From: Pyrinomonadaceae bacterium
GTDB lineage: Bacteria; Acidobacteriota; Blastocatellia; Pyrinomonadales; Pyrinomonadaceae
Direction of reading: 5' to 3'
DNA length: 60,496 bases
Assembly: GCA_035995005.1 (NCBI GenBank)
Contig: DASYKW010000043.1
Location: 1-60,496, forward strand
The notes under the pieces are model-generated. The model saw only the letters and a list, made by a program, of their open reading frames with translations. It did no database searches and was not told the origin of the DNA. Positions 26,126 through 34,934 of the stretch are shown here, one piece after another (the first letter of the stretch is position 1; every line of letters begins with the position of its first letter). Made by a program: the position numbers and the translations under genes.

Positions 26126-28546
26126 ATGAAAAGCTTTGAGCCCGTTATGAGGAGCAGCGCGCTTGTTTTGATGTTTCTTTCGGCGATAACGGTGTTAACA
26201 ATCGACGGATCCGCCCAACGCGCGGGCCGTCGCGTAGCAGGCGGCGGCAACTCGGGCAAGAGACCCGCTGCCACTCGATCGGAGAATAAACAGGTTCCCG
26301 ATGGCAAAGGGATCAAGGGTGTCACGACCACGGGCGAAATGGGCGTTCAACGCGTCAATGCCGAAGTACAGCAGACAATGCTTTTTGCGGCCCCCTCTAA
26401 ACGTCCGCCCCTCAAGCCCGAGCGGGAAACCCGAGATAGAGACGATCCCAAGGCGGCCAATCCGTTCGCCCCGAATGTCGCTCAGTGGCCGATCCCGGCG
26501 AAAGGAGCTCGACTCGCGGCCCCCTCGATAATTTCCCCATCGATCCACACCGTCGGGACCTCCTTTGATGGGGCTACCCTTACCGATACAGGGGCCTTCC
26601 CACCGGATTCGATGGGCGCCGTCGGGCCGACCCAGTATATAGCGTTCGAGAACGGGCGTATACGGTCGTTTACGAAGGCAGGGGCTCCCGATGCCGTGAT
26701 GAATGCAGATCCGGATGTTTTCTTCGCGTCGGTGATGACACCGGTCTCGCCGCCGGTCGTTCTCAACTTCACGAGCGATCCGCAGATCAGATACGATCGG
26801 TTTACGGGTCGCTGGTACATGTCGATCATCGACGTACCGTGCACCAATGCGACTTGCACCACGACCGCGGCGAACCGATGGATGATCGCGGTCAGCGATG
26901 CGGCGAGTAACGGCACGATCTCCGGAAGCACCGTCTGGACCTTCTTTTCCGTGCAGACCGATCCGGCTAATTTTTGTGATTACCCATCGCTCGGCGTCGA
27001 CGTGAGCGCTCTGTATTTCGGGTGCAATATGTTTACCGGGGCCGGCTCATTCGTTGGTACGAATGGGTACGTGGTGCGCAAAAGCTCGATCCTCGGTGCG
27101 GGCCCGATCACATTTACGGCATTCGCGAATATGGCCCTCGGTGCGGGCGCCGGGCCTGAATCGCCTCGCGGTGTTGATAATTACGACCCCGCAGCGACCG
27201 AAGGATATTTTGTGGGGCCGGACAATGCGACTTTTAGCACTATCATGTTTCGGAGGGTTAGCAATCCGGGCGCACTGACGCCCACGATGTCAGCTAATAT
27301 CAGTGTCATCGTACCGACTACAACGATTAGTCCAACTAACTATGCTGTCGATCATGCGGGCAACACAGGCGGCAATAATGGGCGGATCGATATGCTCGAT
27401 GATCGTTTTTTTGCCGCGATGATCCGTAACGGACGGCTTTGGTCTGCTCACAACTTCACGGTGTCGGCTGCAGGTGTCGCGAGCACCTCGGCGACCTCAC
27501 GAACTGGTGTGCGGTGGTACGAATTTCAAAATCTCACAACGACACCGACGGTCGTGCAGTCCGGCACCGTATTCGACAATGCGGCGACAAGGGCATTGGC
27601 CCGTCAATACTCGATACCGTCTGTCGCCGTTACCGGTCAGGGACATTCGGTCCTCGGCATGACTATGGCCGGCACCCCGGTCGGGACAACGCCCGCGTTT
27701 GTCGGACGTCTATCCGGCGATACTCTCGGAACGATGACCGGGCCTCCGACTGATGCAGCTGTTCCTTTTGGGACGACGACAGCGAATTATAATCCGCCGT
27801 CCGACCCCGGCGGCGGCAGCGGACGCAGGTGGGGCGATTATTCTTATACGACGGTCGATCCGATCGATGATATGACCGTCTGGACGATCCAAGAATACAA
27901 CCAGGCTCTCAACAGCTATGCGGTGCGGGTAGCACGCTTACTCGCCCCATTGCCCGCAACGCCAACCAGTGCGGCTCCGAGTAGTGTGAACGCTGGCATA
28001 GCATCGACGAACATCGTTGTCACCGGCACGTCAACCGCGGGGTCGGGATTCTACGATCCCGGTGCGAATCTTGCTCCCCCTGCGTTGCCTTTTTCCCACA
28101 TTGCGGCATCATTCACCGGTGGGGTCACGGTAAATAGCGTTACATACAACACTCCGACGCAGATTACGATCAACGTCTCAACTGTCGGGGCATCCGGCGG
28201 CCAGAAGAACCTGACCGTTAACAATCCGGATGGGCAGAGCGTCACGGCTAACAACTTCCTAACCGTTAACGTTCTGACCGCCGCCGGAGCAGACATCTCG
28301 GGCCGCGTGTTGACCGCCAGCGGCGGCGGCGTTAGGAACGTACTGATCAAGATCACGGACGGCAATGGATTTCTACGCACGGCAATCACCAACAGCTTTG
28401 GCTATTACACCTTGTCCGGGATTCCGACCGGAGCTTCTTACGTCATAACGCCGTCGGCGAAGGGGTACGGATTCGACCCGGCGAATACGTTTTACAATCA
28501 TGTCGACACCTTTGGCGATATGAATTTTACCGCGGGACGGCCCTAG
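26126..28546 (+). CDS. large secreted protein with C-terminal Ig-like and carboxypeptidase-regulatory-like domains
   Basis: Signal peptide MKSFEPVMRSSALVLMFLSAITVLTIDGSAQ. About 550 aa of unrecognised N-terminal region. C-terminus ISGRVLTASGGGVRNVLIKITDGNGFLRTAITNSFGYYTLSGIPTG matches the CarboxypepD_reg pattern. Confidence 0.8.
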   Translation: MKSFEPVMRSSALVLMFLSAITVLTIDGSAQRAGRRVAGGGNSGKRPAATRSENKQVPDGKGIKGVTTTGEMGVQRVNAEVQQTMLFAAPSKRPPLKPERETRDRDDPKAANPFAPNVAQWPIPAKGARLAAPSIISPSIHTVGTSFDGATLTDTGAFPPDSMGAVGPTQYIAFENGRIRSFTKAGAPDAVMNADPDVFFASVMTPVSPPVVLNFTSDPQIRYDRFTGRWYMSIIDVPCTNATCTTTAANRWMIAVSDAASNGTISGSTVWTFFSVQTDPANFCDYPSLGVDVSALYFGCNMFTGAGSFVGTNGYVVRKSSILGAGPITFTAFANMALGAGAGPESPRGVDNYDPAATEGYFVGPDNATFSTIMFRRVSNPGALTPTMSANISVIVPTTTISPTNYAVDHAGNTGGNNGRIDMLDDRFFAAMIRNGRLWSAHNFTVSAAGVASTSATSRTGVRWYEFQNLTTTPTVVQSGTVFDNAATRALARQYSIPSVAVTGQGHSVLGMTMAGTPVGTTPAFVGRLSGDTLGTMTGPPTDAAVPFGTTTANYNPPSDPGGGSGRRWGDYSYTTVDPIDDMTVWTIQEYNQALNSYAVRVARLLAPLPATPTSAAPSSVNAGIASTNIVVTGTSTAGSGFYDPGANLAPPALPFSHIAASFTGGVTVNSVTYNTPTQITINVSTVGASGGQKNLTVNNPDGQSVTANNFLTVNVLTAAGADISGRVLTASGGGVRNVLIKITDGNGFLRTAITNSFGYYTLSGIPTGASYVITPSAKGYGFDPANTFYNHVDTFGDMNFTAGRP

Positions 28547-28568
28547 CTTCTCTCACTTGACCTGGGCG

Positions 28569-28599
28569 GCGCCTGAGCAGTACGCTCGGGCGCTTTTTT
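28569..28599 (+). terminator. intrinsic terminator
   Basis: GCGCCTGAGC-AGTAC-GCTCGGGCGC (10 bp including one G-U) followed by TTTTTTG. Confidence 0.75.
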
Positions 28600-28623
28600 G
28601 CTTTGCTCCTGTATCCTTTAACC

Positions 28624-29196
28624 ATGAAGATCACGTCCGCCGAGTTCATCCGCAGTGCGTTCGAGAAGCTTCACTGGCTGGCTGACGGCCGGCCGGAGGT
28701 GGCATTTCTCGGACGATCCAATGTTGGTAAGTCGTCGGTGATCAACTCTCTGCTGCTGCGGAAAGGACTTGCCCGCACTTCGAATACGCCGGGCCGGACG
28801 CAGAGCATAAACTTCTTTCTGATCAACGACCAGTTCTACTTCGCCGACCTGCCCGGTTACGGCTACGCAAAGGTTTCAAAGACAATGCGTGCCGACTGGG
28901 GCAAGATGGCCGAGGAGTATCTCTCTGACAGGAAAGAGCTCGCGTTGTGCGTACAGCTCATTGATGCGAGGCATGAACCGTCGAAGCTCGATATCCAGTT
29001 AAATGAGTGGCTGATCTTCCACGAGAAGCCGCACGTCGTGGTCGCAACCAAGGCAGACAAGCTCTCGCGCAATGAGCTGGGCAGATCACTGAACGTCATT
29101 CAGCAAACATTCGCGGTGAGCAAAGTTATTGCATACTCGTCACACAAGGGCCTCGGTCGGGAACAGCTTTGGTCGCGGATCTTTGAAGCGGTATGA
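28624..29196 (+). CDS. engB: ribosome-biogenesis GTPase EngB/YihA/YsxC
   Basis: G1 GRSNVGKSS, G3 DLPGYG, G4 TKADK. ATG 28624 is preferred because the ORF-track start at 28603 abuts the terminator T-run. Confidence 0.9.
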   Translation: MKITSAEFIRSAFEKLHWLADGRPEVAFLGRSNVGKSSVINSLLLRKGLARTSNTPGRTQSINFFLINDQFYFADLPGYGYAKVSKTMRADWGKMAEEYLSDRKELALCVQLIDARHEPSKLDIQLNEWLIFHEKPHVVVATKADKLSRNELGRSLNVIQQTFAVSKVIAYSSHKGLGREQLWSRIFEAV

Positions 29197-29446
29197 GCGC
29201 TGATTTTTTGTTATTTTCAGTTGATTTTGTGTATCTAAAACTGCAATAATGATTTTTCCCCGGAAATTTGGGATTTCTGGAAGTAGCTTTTGAGCTATTT
29301 CACCGGCTTACTACATTAAATCCATACGATTTTCTCCGCCTTTTCCTTCTTCAGATAGTTACGCGTAAGTGCGCGAGAAGATCTCATAACTACTTTCCCG
29401 GATGTTGTTCCGTTACAACCGATTCTATCTTTCAGTTTGAACTGAC

Positions 29447-30871
29447 ATGGCTACCAAAACACAAACCCGCAGGCCCAAGGCTGGGCTTCCCGACGAGGAT
29501 ACTGAGATCGCAGCGATAGATGGTGAAGAATCGCCCTCCAATGGCGACGGCGACAGCACTCAGGCGTCCCCGGCTCCCGCACCCGCGCGATCTGGCAGGG
29601 GCGATTCGGCTGAGATCCTCAACCTCGCCGGCCTCAAAGACAAATCCATTAGCGAGCTAACCCACATCGCTAAGGAAATGGGTATTGAGGGAGCGACGGG
29701 TCTGCGTAAGCAGGAATTGATCTTTAAGGTGCTCGCGGCACAGACCGAGAAGAGCGGACTTATCTTCTCCGAGGGCGTCCTAGAGACGCTGCCTGACGGC
29801 TTCGGATTTCTGCGCGCTCCCGAGTACAACTACCTTCCGGGCCCGGATGACATCTACGTCAGCCCGTCGCAGATCCGCAAATTCGACCTTCGCACCGGCG
29901 ATACCGTTTCGGGACAGATTCGGCCGCCAAAAGAAGGCGAGCGTTACTTTGCCCTCATCAAGGTCGAGGCGATCAATTTTGAGGATCCAGGGCAGGCCCG
30001 TGAAAAGGTATTCTTCGATAACCTGACGCCCCTTTATCCCGACGAGCAGCTCAAGATGGAGATCGAGGGTGATCCGGACAAGATCGCGGCCCGCGTGATG
30101 GATCTCGTAACGCCGATCGGCAAAGGCCAGCGTGCGGTCATCGTCGCACCGCCCCGAACGGGTAAGACGATGCTGCTCCAAACGATCGCTAATTCCGTCA
30201 CGGAAAATCATCCGGAAGTTACTCTCATCGTTCTGCTTATCGATGAGCGTCCCGAGGAAGTCACGGATATGCAGCGGACGGTCAAGGGCGAAGTGATCAG
30301 TTCGACCTTTGACGAGCCGCCGACGCGGCACGTTCAGGTGGCGGACATGGTCATCGAAAAGGCGAAGCGCCTCGTCGAGCATAAACGCGATGTTGTTATC
30401 CTGCTCGACTCGATCACGCGCCTCGCACGTGCACACAACGCGGTCGTTCCGCCGTCGGGCAAGATCCTGTCGGGTGGTATCGACTCGAACGCTCTGCAGC
30501 GTCCTAAGCGTTTCTTCGGAGCGGCCCGCAATATCGAAGAAGGCGGCAGCCTCACGATCATCGCCACGGCATTGATCGACACCGGGTCGCGTATGGACGA
30601 TGTGATCTTTGAGGAGTTTAAGGGGACCGGTAACTCCGAGATCTACCTCGATCGCAAATTGTCCGACAAACGACTGTATCCTGCGATCGATCTTCAGCGT
30701 TCCGGCACTCGGAAGGAAGAACTGCTCATTGACAAGGAAAACCTCAACCGCATCTGGGTCATGCGTCGCGTGCTCAATCCGCTTTCGCCGGTCGAGCAGA
30801 TGGAGGTCGTACTTGAGCGTCTTAGCAAGACCAAGACGAACGCCGAATTCCTGGCGTCTATGCAATCCTAA
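29447..30871 (+). CDS. rho: transcription termination factor Rho with a ~55-aa disordered N-terminal extension
   Basis: Rho N-terminal helix bundle ([29 protein letters not shown]), CSD-like RNA-binding part, Walker [13 protein letters not shown]-terminal RecA-type ATPase domain. Confidence 0.97.
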   Translation: MATKTQTRRPKAGLPDEDTEIAAIDGEESPSNGDGDSTQASPAPAPARSGRGDSAEILNLAGLKDKSISELTHIAKEMGIEGATGLRKQELIFKVLAAQTEKSGLIFSEGVLETLPDGFGFLRAPEYNYLPGPDDIYVSPSQIRKFDLRTGDTVSGQIRPPKEGERYFALIKVEAINFEDPGQAREKVFFDNLTPLYPDEQLKMEIEGDPDKIAARVMDLVTPIGKGQRAVIVAPPRTGKTMLLQTIANSVTENHPEVTLIVLLIDERPEEVTDMQRTVKGEVISSTFDEPPTRHVQVADMVIEKAKRLVEHKRDVVILLDSITRLARAHNAVVPPSGKILSGGIDSNALQRPKRFFGAARNIEEGGSLTIIATALIDTGSRMDDVIFEEFKGTGNSEIYLDRKLSDKRLYPAIDLQRSGTRKEELLIDKENLNRIWVMRRVLNPLSPVEQMEVVLERLSKTKTNAEFLASMQS

Positions 30872-30923
30872 ACGGCTGTTCAGAACGCACAGCGCGAAAT
30901 GCACTGCGCTTATTGCTCAGGCA

Positions 30924-30958
30924 TAATGGAGAACGGAAAATATTCTGTTCTCCATTTT
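30924..30958 (+). terminator. intrinsic terminator after rho
   Basis: AATGGAGAACGG-AAAATATT-CTGTTCTCCATT (12 bp, one G-U) followed by TTGCATTGTT. Confidence 0.65.
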
Positions 30959-30993
30959 GCATTGTTGCATCGTGCGCTTTGCGTTGAGTGTCT

Positions 30994-32418
30994 ATGCGGG
31001 TAGCCGTCATTTCTGCCGAAGCAGTTCCATACTCGAAGACCGGCGGTCTTGGAGACGTAGCCGGTGCATTGCCCAAGGCGCTGAAACAGGTCGGCGTCGA
31101 TTCGCTGCTAATTACTCCATGCTATTGGCAGACCAAGGGCGAGTATTTGTGGAAGACCGCTATCGACGATCTATGGATCAGTTGGAAGGGAAAACCTTAT
31201 CATGCACGGGCCTTTTATAGTGAGGCTAACGGTTCACCGACATTCCTGATAGACGCTCCGTCGTTATTTCACCGTGATTCGATCTACGGATACACCGAGG
31301 ATTACGAAAGATTTGCCTTCTTTAACCATGCGGCGCTTGCCCTGCTGCAGCGGATCGGTCCGGCTCCTGACATCGTCCACCTCAACGACTGGCATTGCGG
31401 ATTCGCAGCAGCGGAGATAGCCTCGCGACGGCGTCACGAAGCCTATTGGCAACGCACGCGGACCGTTTTTTCGATTCACAACATGGCCTATCAGGGCGGC
31501 TTTGGCCTTGGCCAGTTGGGCGAGCTCGGTTTTACCTCGCAGTTCGCTAGAAATGCCTTTAGTTCTAACGGTTACGCTTCGGCAATGAAGGCAGGACTTG
31601 AGGTCTCGGACACGCTCTCGACCGTCTCGAAACGGTACGCGCAGGAGATCCAAACGTCCGAGAACGGCTATGGTCTCGACTGGCTCGCCCGACAGCGGGC
31701 GAATAGACTTATCGGTATTACGAACGGTGTCGATTACGACGTTTGGAACCCGGAAACCGACGCAGAGCTGCCCGCTCATTTCTCCATCGACGATCTCTCG
31801 GGCAAGCGCGAGTGCAAGCGTGCGTTGCTCGACCAATTTCAGCTCCCGCACGACCTTGAACGACCGATATTTGCAAGTGTTACACGTCTAACCGCGCAAA
31901 AGGGTGTCGAGCTCATTCGACAGGGGCCCGGCGATATTTTGGCGGCGGGCGGCTTTTTTATTGCCCTCGGATCGGGCGAAAAAGAGTCGGAACAATTCCT
32001 TCAGGCAATGCGCAACTATGCCCCTTCGCGGGTGGGTGTATACATCGGCTACAATGAGAAACTGGCCCATTTGATCGAGGCGGGAGCAGACATGTTCCTG
32101 ATGCCGTCGAAATTCGAGCCGTGCGGGCTGAATCAGATGTATTCGCTACGATACGGAACGGTCCCGATCGTGCGCGCGGTCGGCGGACTTGATGACACGG
32201 TGCAGAATTGGGACGCGGTGAAGGGGACCGGTAATGGTTTCAAATTTGGTCCCTATCGGGCGGACAAGCTGCTCGAAAAACTTTATGAAGCCCGATTCGC
32301 CTACGAGGACAAGGAGATGTGGGCAAAGATACAGCGAAACGGAATGTCGGTCGATAATTCGTGGGAGAATGCGGCGCGCAACTACGTCGGGCTTTACGAA
32401 TGGACACTGAGGAATTGA
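30994..32418 (+). CDS. glgA: glycogen synthase
   Basis: N-terminal MRVAVISAEAVPYSKTGGLGDV (KTGGL motif). GT5 size and C-terminal EPCGLNQMY. Confidence 0.95.
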   Translation: MRVAVISAEAVPYSKTGGLGDVAGALPKALKQVGVDSLLITPCYWQTKGEYLWKTAIDDLWISWKGKPYHARAFYSEANGSPTFLIDAPSLFHRDSIYGYTEDYERFAFFNHAALALLQRIGPAPDIVHLNDWHCGFAAAEIASRRRHEAYWQRTRTVFSIHNMAYQGGFGLGQLGELGFTSQFARNAFSSNGYASAMKAGLEVSDTLSTVSKRYAQEIQTSENGYGLDWLARQRANRLIGITNGVDYDVWNPETDAELPAHFSIDDLSGKRECKRALLDQFQLPHDLERPIFASVTRLTAQKGVELIRQGPGDILAAGGFFIALGSGEKESEQFLQAMRNYAPSRVGVYIGYNEKLAHLIEAGADMFLMPSKFEPCGLNQMYSLRYGTVPIVRAVGGLDDTVQNWDAVKGTGNGFKFGPYRADKLLEKLYEARFAYEDKEMWAKIQRNGMSVDNSWENAARNYVGLYEWTLRN

Positions 32419-32969
32419 CGATAGGTCTCGGTGACGGCATTATCATGCGTCCTGTGCGGGCGAGCGACGTTGACGCCGTGTTCGATATCGTCACTAAAAA
32501 CTACGATCACCTACGCACATTTATGGAATGGGCAAAGCCGGATTACTCTCGCAAAGATGCAGAGGAGTGGGTTCTAAAAGCAGTGCCCGCCGCCGCGGAC
32601 GGCACGACCCTGAATTTTTGTATTCTCCGCGACGACAAGATGATCGGAACGATCGGCTTCGCTTACTTTGACAAGGCCGCGAGAGTTACAGAGATCGGCT
32701 ACTGGATCGACGCGGCTGAGGAAGGGAAAGGCATCATGGGCCGCGCGACGGAGAAACTCATTGACCTCGCCTTTAATGATCTCGACATGAATCGCGTTCA
32801 GATCCGCTGTGCGGACGCGAACGTGCGGAGTGCGGGGATCCCACAGAGGCTTGGCTTCAGAAAAGAAGGCGTGCAGCGTCAACATATAGAGCGTGACGGA
32901 AAGGTCTACGATTTCCTGATCTTCGGTCTGCTTCGCGACGAATGGCAGCAACGGAATTCTAATCAATGA
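32400..32969 (+). CDS. GNAT N-acetyltransferase (RimJ/RimL-like)
   Basis: GNAT core (EIGYWIDAAEEGKGIMGRATEKLIDLAF; NVRSAGIPQRLGFRKEG). ATG 32400 overlaps the glgA end by 19 nt. The stop overlaps the purA start (ATGA). Confidence 0.85.
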   Translation: MDTEELTIGLGDGIIMRPVRASDVDAVFDIVTKNYDHLRTFMEWAKPDYSRKDAEEWVLKAVPAAADGTTLNFCILRDDKMIGTIGFAYFDKAARVTEIGYWIDAAEEGKGIMGRATEKLIDLAFNDLDMNRVQIRCADANVRSAGIPQRLGFRKEGVQRQHIERDGKVYDFLIFGLLRDEWQQRNSNQ

Positions 32970-34276
32970 TAATTGTCATAATCGGTGCCCAGTGGGGCGA
33001 TGAGGGAAAGGGAAAGGTCGTCGATCTGCTAGCTGATCGATTCGATATCGTGTCGCGATATCAAGGTGGTCACAACGCAGGCCATAGCGTATATGTCGGC
33101 GATAAAGCCTTTGTTCTTAGGTTGTTACCGTCCGGGATCATTCACCCGGACAAGACATGTGTGCTTGGCAACGGCATGGTTATCGACCCTAAGGCTTTTT
33201 TTGAGGAGGTCGATCAGATAGCCGCGAAAGGCATCTCGGTTACGCCCGATAGGCTCAAGGTTTCGAGCCGCGCACACTTGATAATGCCCTATCATCGTGC
33301 GCTAGATCACACATCAGAGGAGCGTCTCGGCAACGAAAAGATCGGAACGACGCTTCGCGGTATCGGTCCGGCATATGAGGATAAGGCAGGAAGGCGCGGC
33401 ATTCGCGTGGCCGATGCACTTTCGCCGGACGTCTTGCGGATGCGGATCGAGCGAAATCTCGAGGAGGCAAATCGGATCATCGTCCTTTATGGCCAGCAGC
33501 CGCTGCGGGCCGACGAGATCTACGACGAGATCGCTCCGCTCGTCGAGCGTTTGCGGCCCTTTGTTACCGAGACGTCGCACTTCCTTTCAGAAGCCCGCAA
33601 GGCTAACAAAAAGATCTTGCTCGAGGGAGCACAGGCAACGCTTCTCGATGTCGACCACGGGACGTACCCGTATGTAACGTCGTCCAATCCGACAGCCGGC
33701 GGTGCGTCGGTTGGTGCAGGCATTCCGCCTCATCATATTACCGGTGTTCTTGGGATCGTCCGGACGTACGCTACTCGTGTCGGTGAGGGGCCTTTTCCGA
33801 CCGAGATGCTGGACGATGAAGAAGATATAGCTCATCTTATTCGCGAACGGGGCAACGAATACGGCTCGGTGACGCGACGACCGAGGCGCTGCGGGTGGTT
33901 TGACGCTGTGGCGACACGATATGCAGCGGAATTGAACGGCTTTGACTCTGTCGCGTTGACGAAGCTGGACGTGCTGGACGCTATGGATGAGATCAAGATC
34001 TGCACAAGCTACGAGATCGACGGCAAGAGCGTCGAGACGTTCCCAGCGGTTTCGAGCGATCTTCGCCAGATCAAGCCCGTTTATGAGACGCTGCCCGGCT
34101 GGAAGAGCGACACGCTTGGTGTGACCTCGTTTGATAAATTGCCGGAAAACGCTCGTAGATATGTCGAGTTTCTCTCCGCCCAGATCGGTGTCGAGATAGG
34201 CCTGATCTCGACCGGTCCCGAACGCGATCAGACGATCCTTCTCGGCGAGTCGATCATGGAGGGCTGGTTTCGATAG
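32966..34276 (+). CDS. purA: adenylosuccinate synthetase
   Basis: GAQWGDEGKGK P-loop, GGHNAGH, GTTLRGIGPAYEDK, TKLDVLD. Confidence 0.97.
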   Translation: MIIVIIGAQWGDEGKGKVVDLLADRFDIVSRYQGGHNAGHSVYVGDKAFVLRLLPSGIIHPDKTCVLGNGMVIDPKAFFEEVDQIAAKGISVTPDRLKVSSRAHLIMPYHRALDHTSEERLGNEKIGTTLRGIGPAYEDKAGRRGIRVADALSPDVLRMRIERNLEEANRIIVLYGQQPLRADEIYDEIAPLVERLRPFVTETSHFLSEARKANKKILLEGAQATLLDVDHGTYPYVTSSNPTAGGASVGAGIPPHHITGVLGIVRTYATRVGEGPFPTEMLDDEEDIAHLIRERGNEYGSVTRRPRRCGWFDAVATRYAAELNGFDSVALTKLDVLDAMDEIKICTSYEIDGKSVETFPAVSSDLRQIKPVYETLPGWKSDTLGVTSFDKLPENARRYVEFLSAQIGVEIGLISTGPERDQTILLGESIMEGWFR

Positions 34277-34278
34277 GC

Positions 34279-34752
34279 ATGGTGGAGATCGTCCGGCATG
34301 AGCGCGGCTACGCCGAGTCTTTCGCTGCTTTGAACTATGAATGGATCGAAAAATTCTTTGCGGTCGAGACCCACGACCGAGATATACTCGACGACCCGGA
34401 GCGATGGGTCATCGAGCCCGGCGGCGAGATATTCATGGCCGTCGCCGATGGGCTTGCGGTCGGAACCGTGGCACTGATCCCGGCGGCCGATGGGATCCTC
34501 GAGCTTACAAAGATGGCTGTCTCGCCGGCATTTCAAGGGCAAGGCATCGCGGACAGGCTTATCGATGCCTGCATCGGGTTCGCCCAGGACACGGGAACGC
34601 TTACGATCTTCCTCGAGTCCCACACCAAGCTCGCACCTGCACTTAACCTTTACCGAAAGCACGGATTCATCGAGGTGCCCGGCGACCCGGATTCGCTCTA
34701 TTCGCGAGCCGACATTCGGATGGAACTTGCTATAGACCCGACCACTCGCTAA
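34279..34752 (+). CDS. GNAT family acetyltransferase
   Basis: AVSPAFQGQGIADRLI (Q/RxxGxG/A acetyl-CoA motif). 157 aa. Starts 2 nt after the purA stop. Confidence 0.85.
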   Translation: MVEIVRHERGYAESFAALNYEWIEKFFAVETHDRDILDDPERWVIEPGGEIFMAVADGLAVGTVALIPAADGILELTKMAVSPAFQGQGIADRLIDACIGFAQDTGTLTIFLESHTKLAPALNLYRKHGFIEVPGDPDSLYSRADIRMELAIDPTTR

Positions 34753-34765
34753 AATTCTGATTCAC

Positions 34766-34841
34766 GGTCCGATAGCTCAGTCGGTAGAGCAAGTGGCTTT
34801 TAACCACTGGGTCGCAGGTTCGAGTCCTGCTCGGATCACCA
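34766..34841 (+). tRNA. tRNA-Lys (anticodon TTT), CCA encoded
   Basis: Hand-folded 76-nt cloverleaf. Acceptor GGTCCGA/TCGGATC, anticodon arm AGTGG-CTTTTAA-CCACT, T-arm GCAGG-TTCGAGT-CCTGC. Confidence 0.92.
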
Positions 34842-34855
34842 ATTTCGTTGAAAGG

Positions 34856-34881
34856 AGGCACTTTTTCGGGTGCCTTTTTTC
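34856..34881 (+). terminator. intrinsic terminator after tRNA-Lys
   Basis: AGGCAC-TTTTTCGG-GTGCCT followed by TTTTTC. Confidence 0.65.
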
Positions 34882-34934
34882 ATTTGCTGGTATACGATGT
34901 CGGGCAGACGACGGGGCACGTCGTTGCCGACATT

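Noticed and set aside
25609-26331. Long N-terminal extensions in the ORF track (also 47823..48917, 43049..43936, 37530..38879, 34848..37487, 7845..9323)
   Set aside because: The extended parts overlap neighbouring genes, terminators or tRNA-proximal hairpins and are Arg/Pro-rich. Internal ATGs give proper signal peptides or canonical N-termini and typical ATGA/TAATG coupling.
29780-30904. 374-aa minus-strand ORF
   Set aside because: It is antisense to rho, whose identity is unambiguous, so it is a shadow ORF. The same reasoning applies to 23294..23926 (antisense to lon), 51915..52460 (antisense to mtnA) and 60004..60387 (antisense to the terminal partial CDS).
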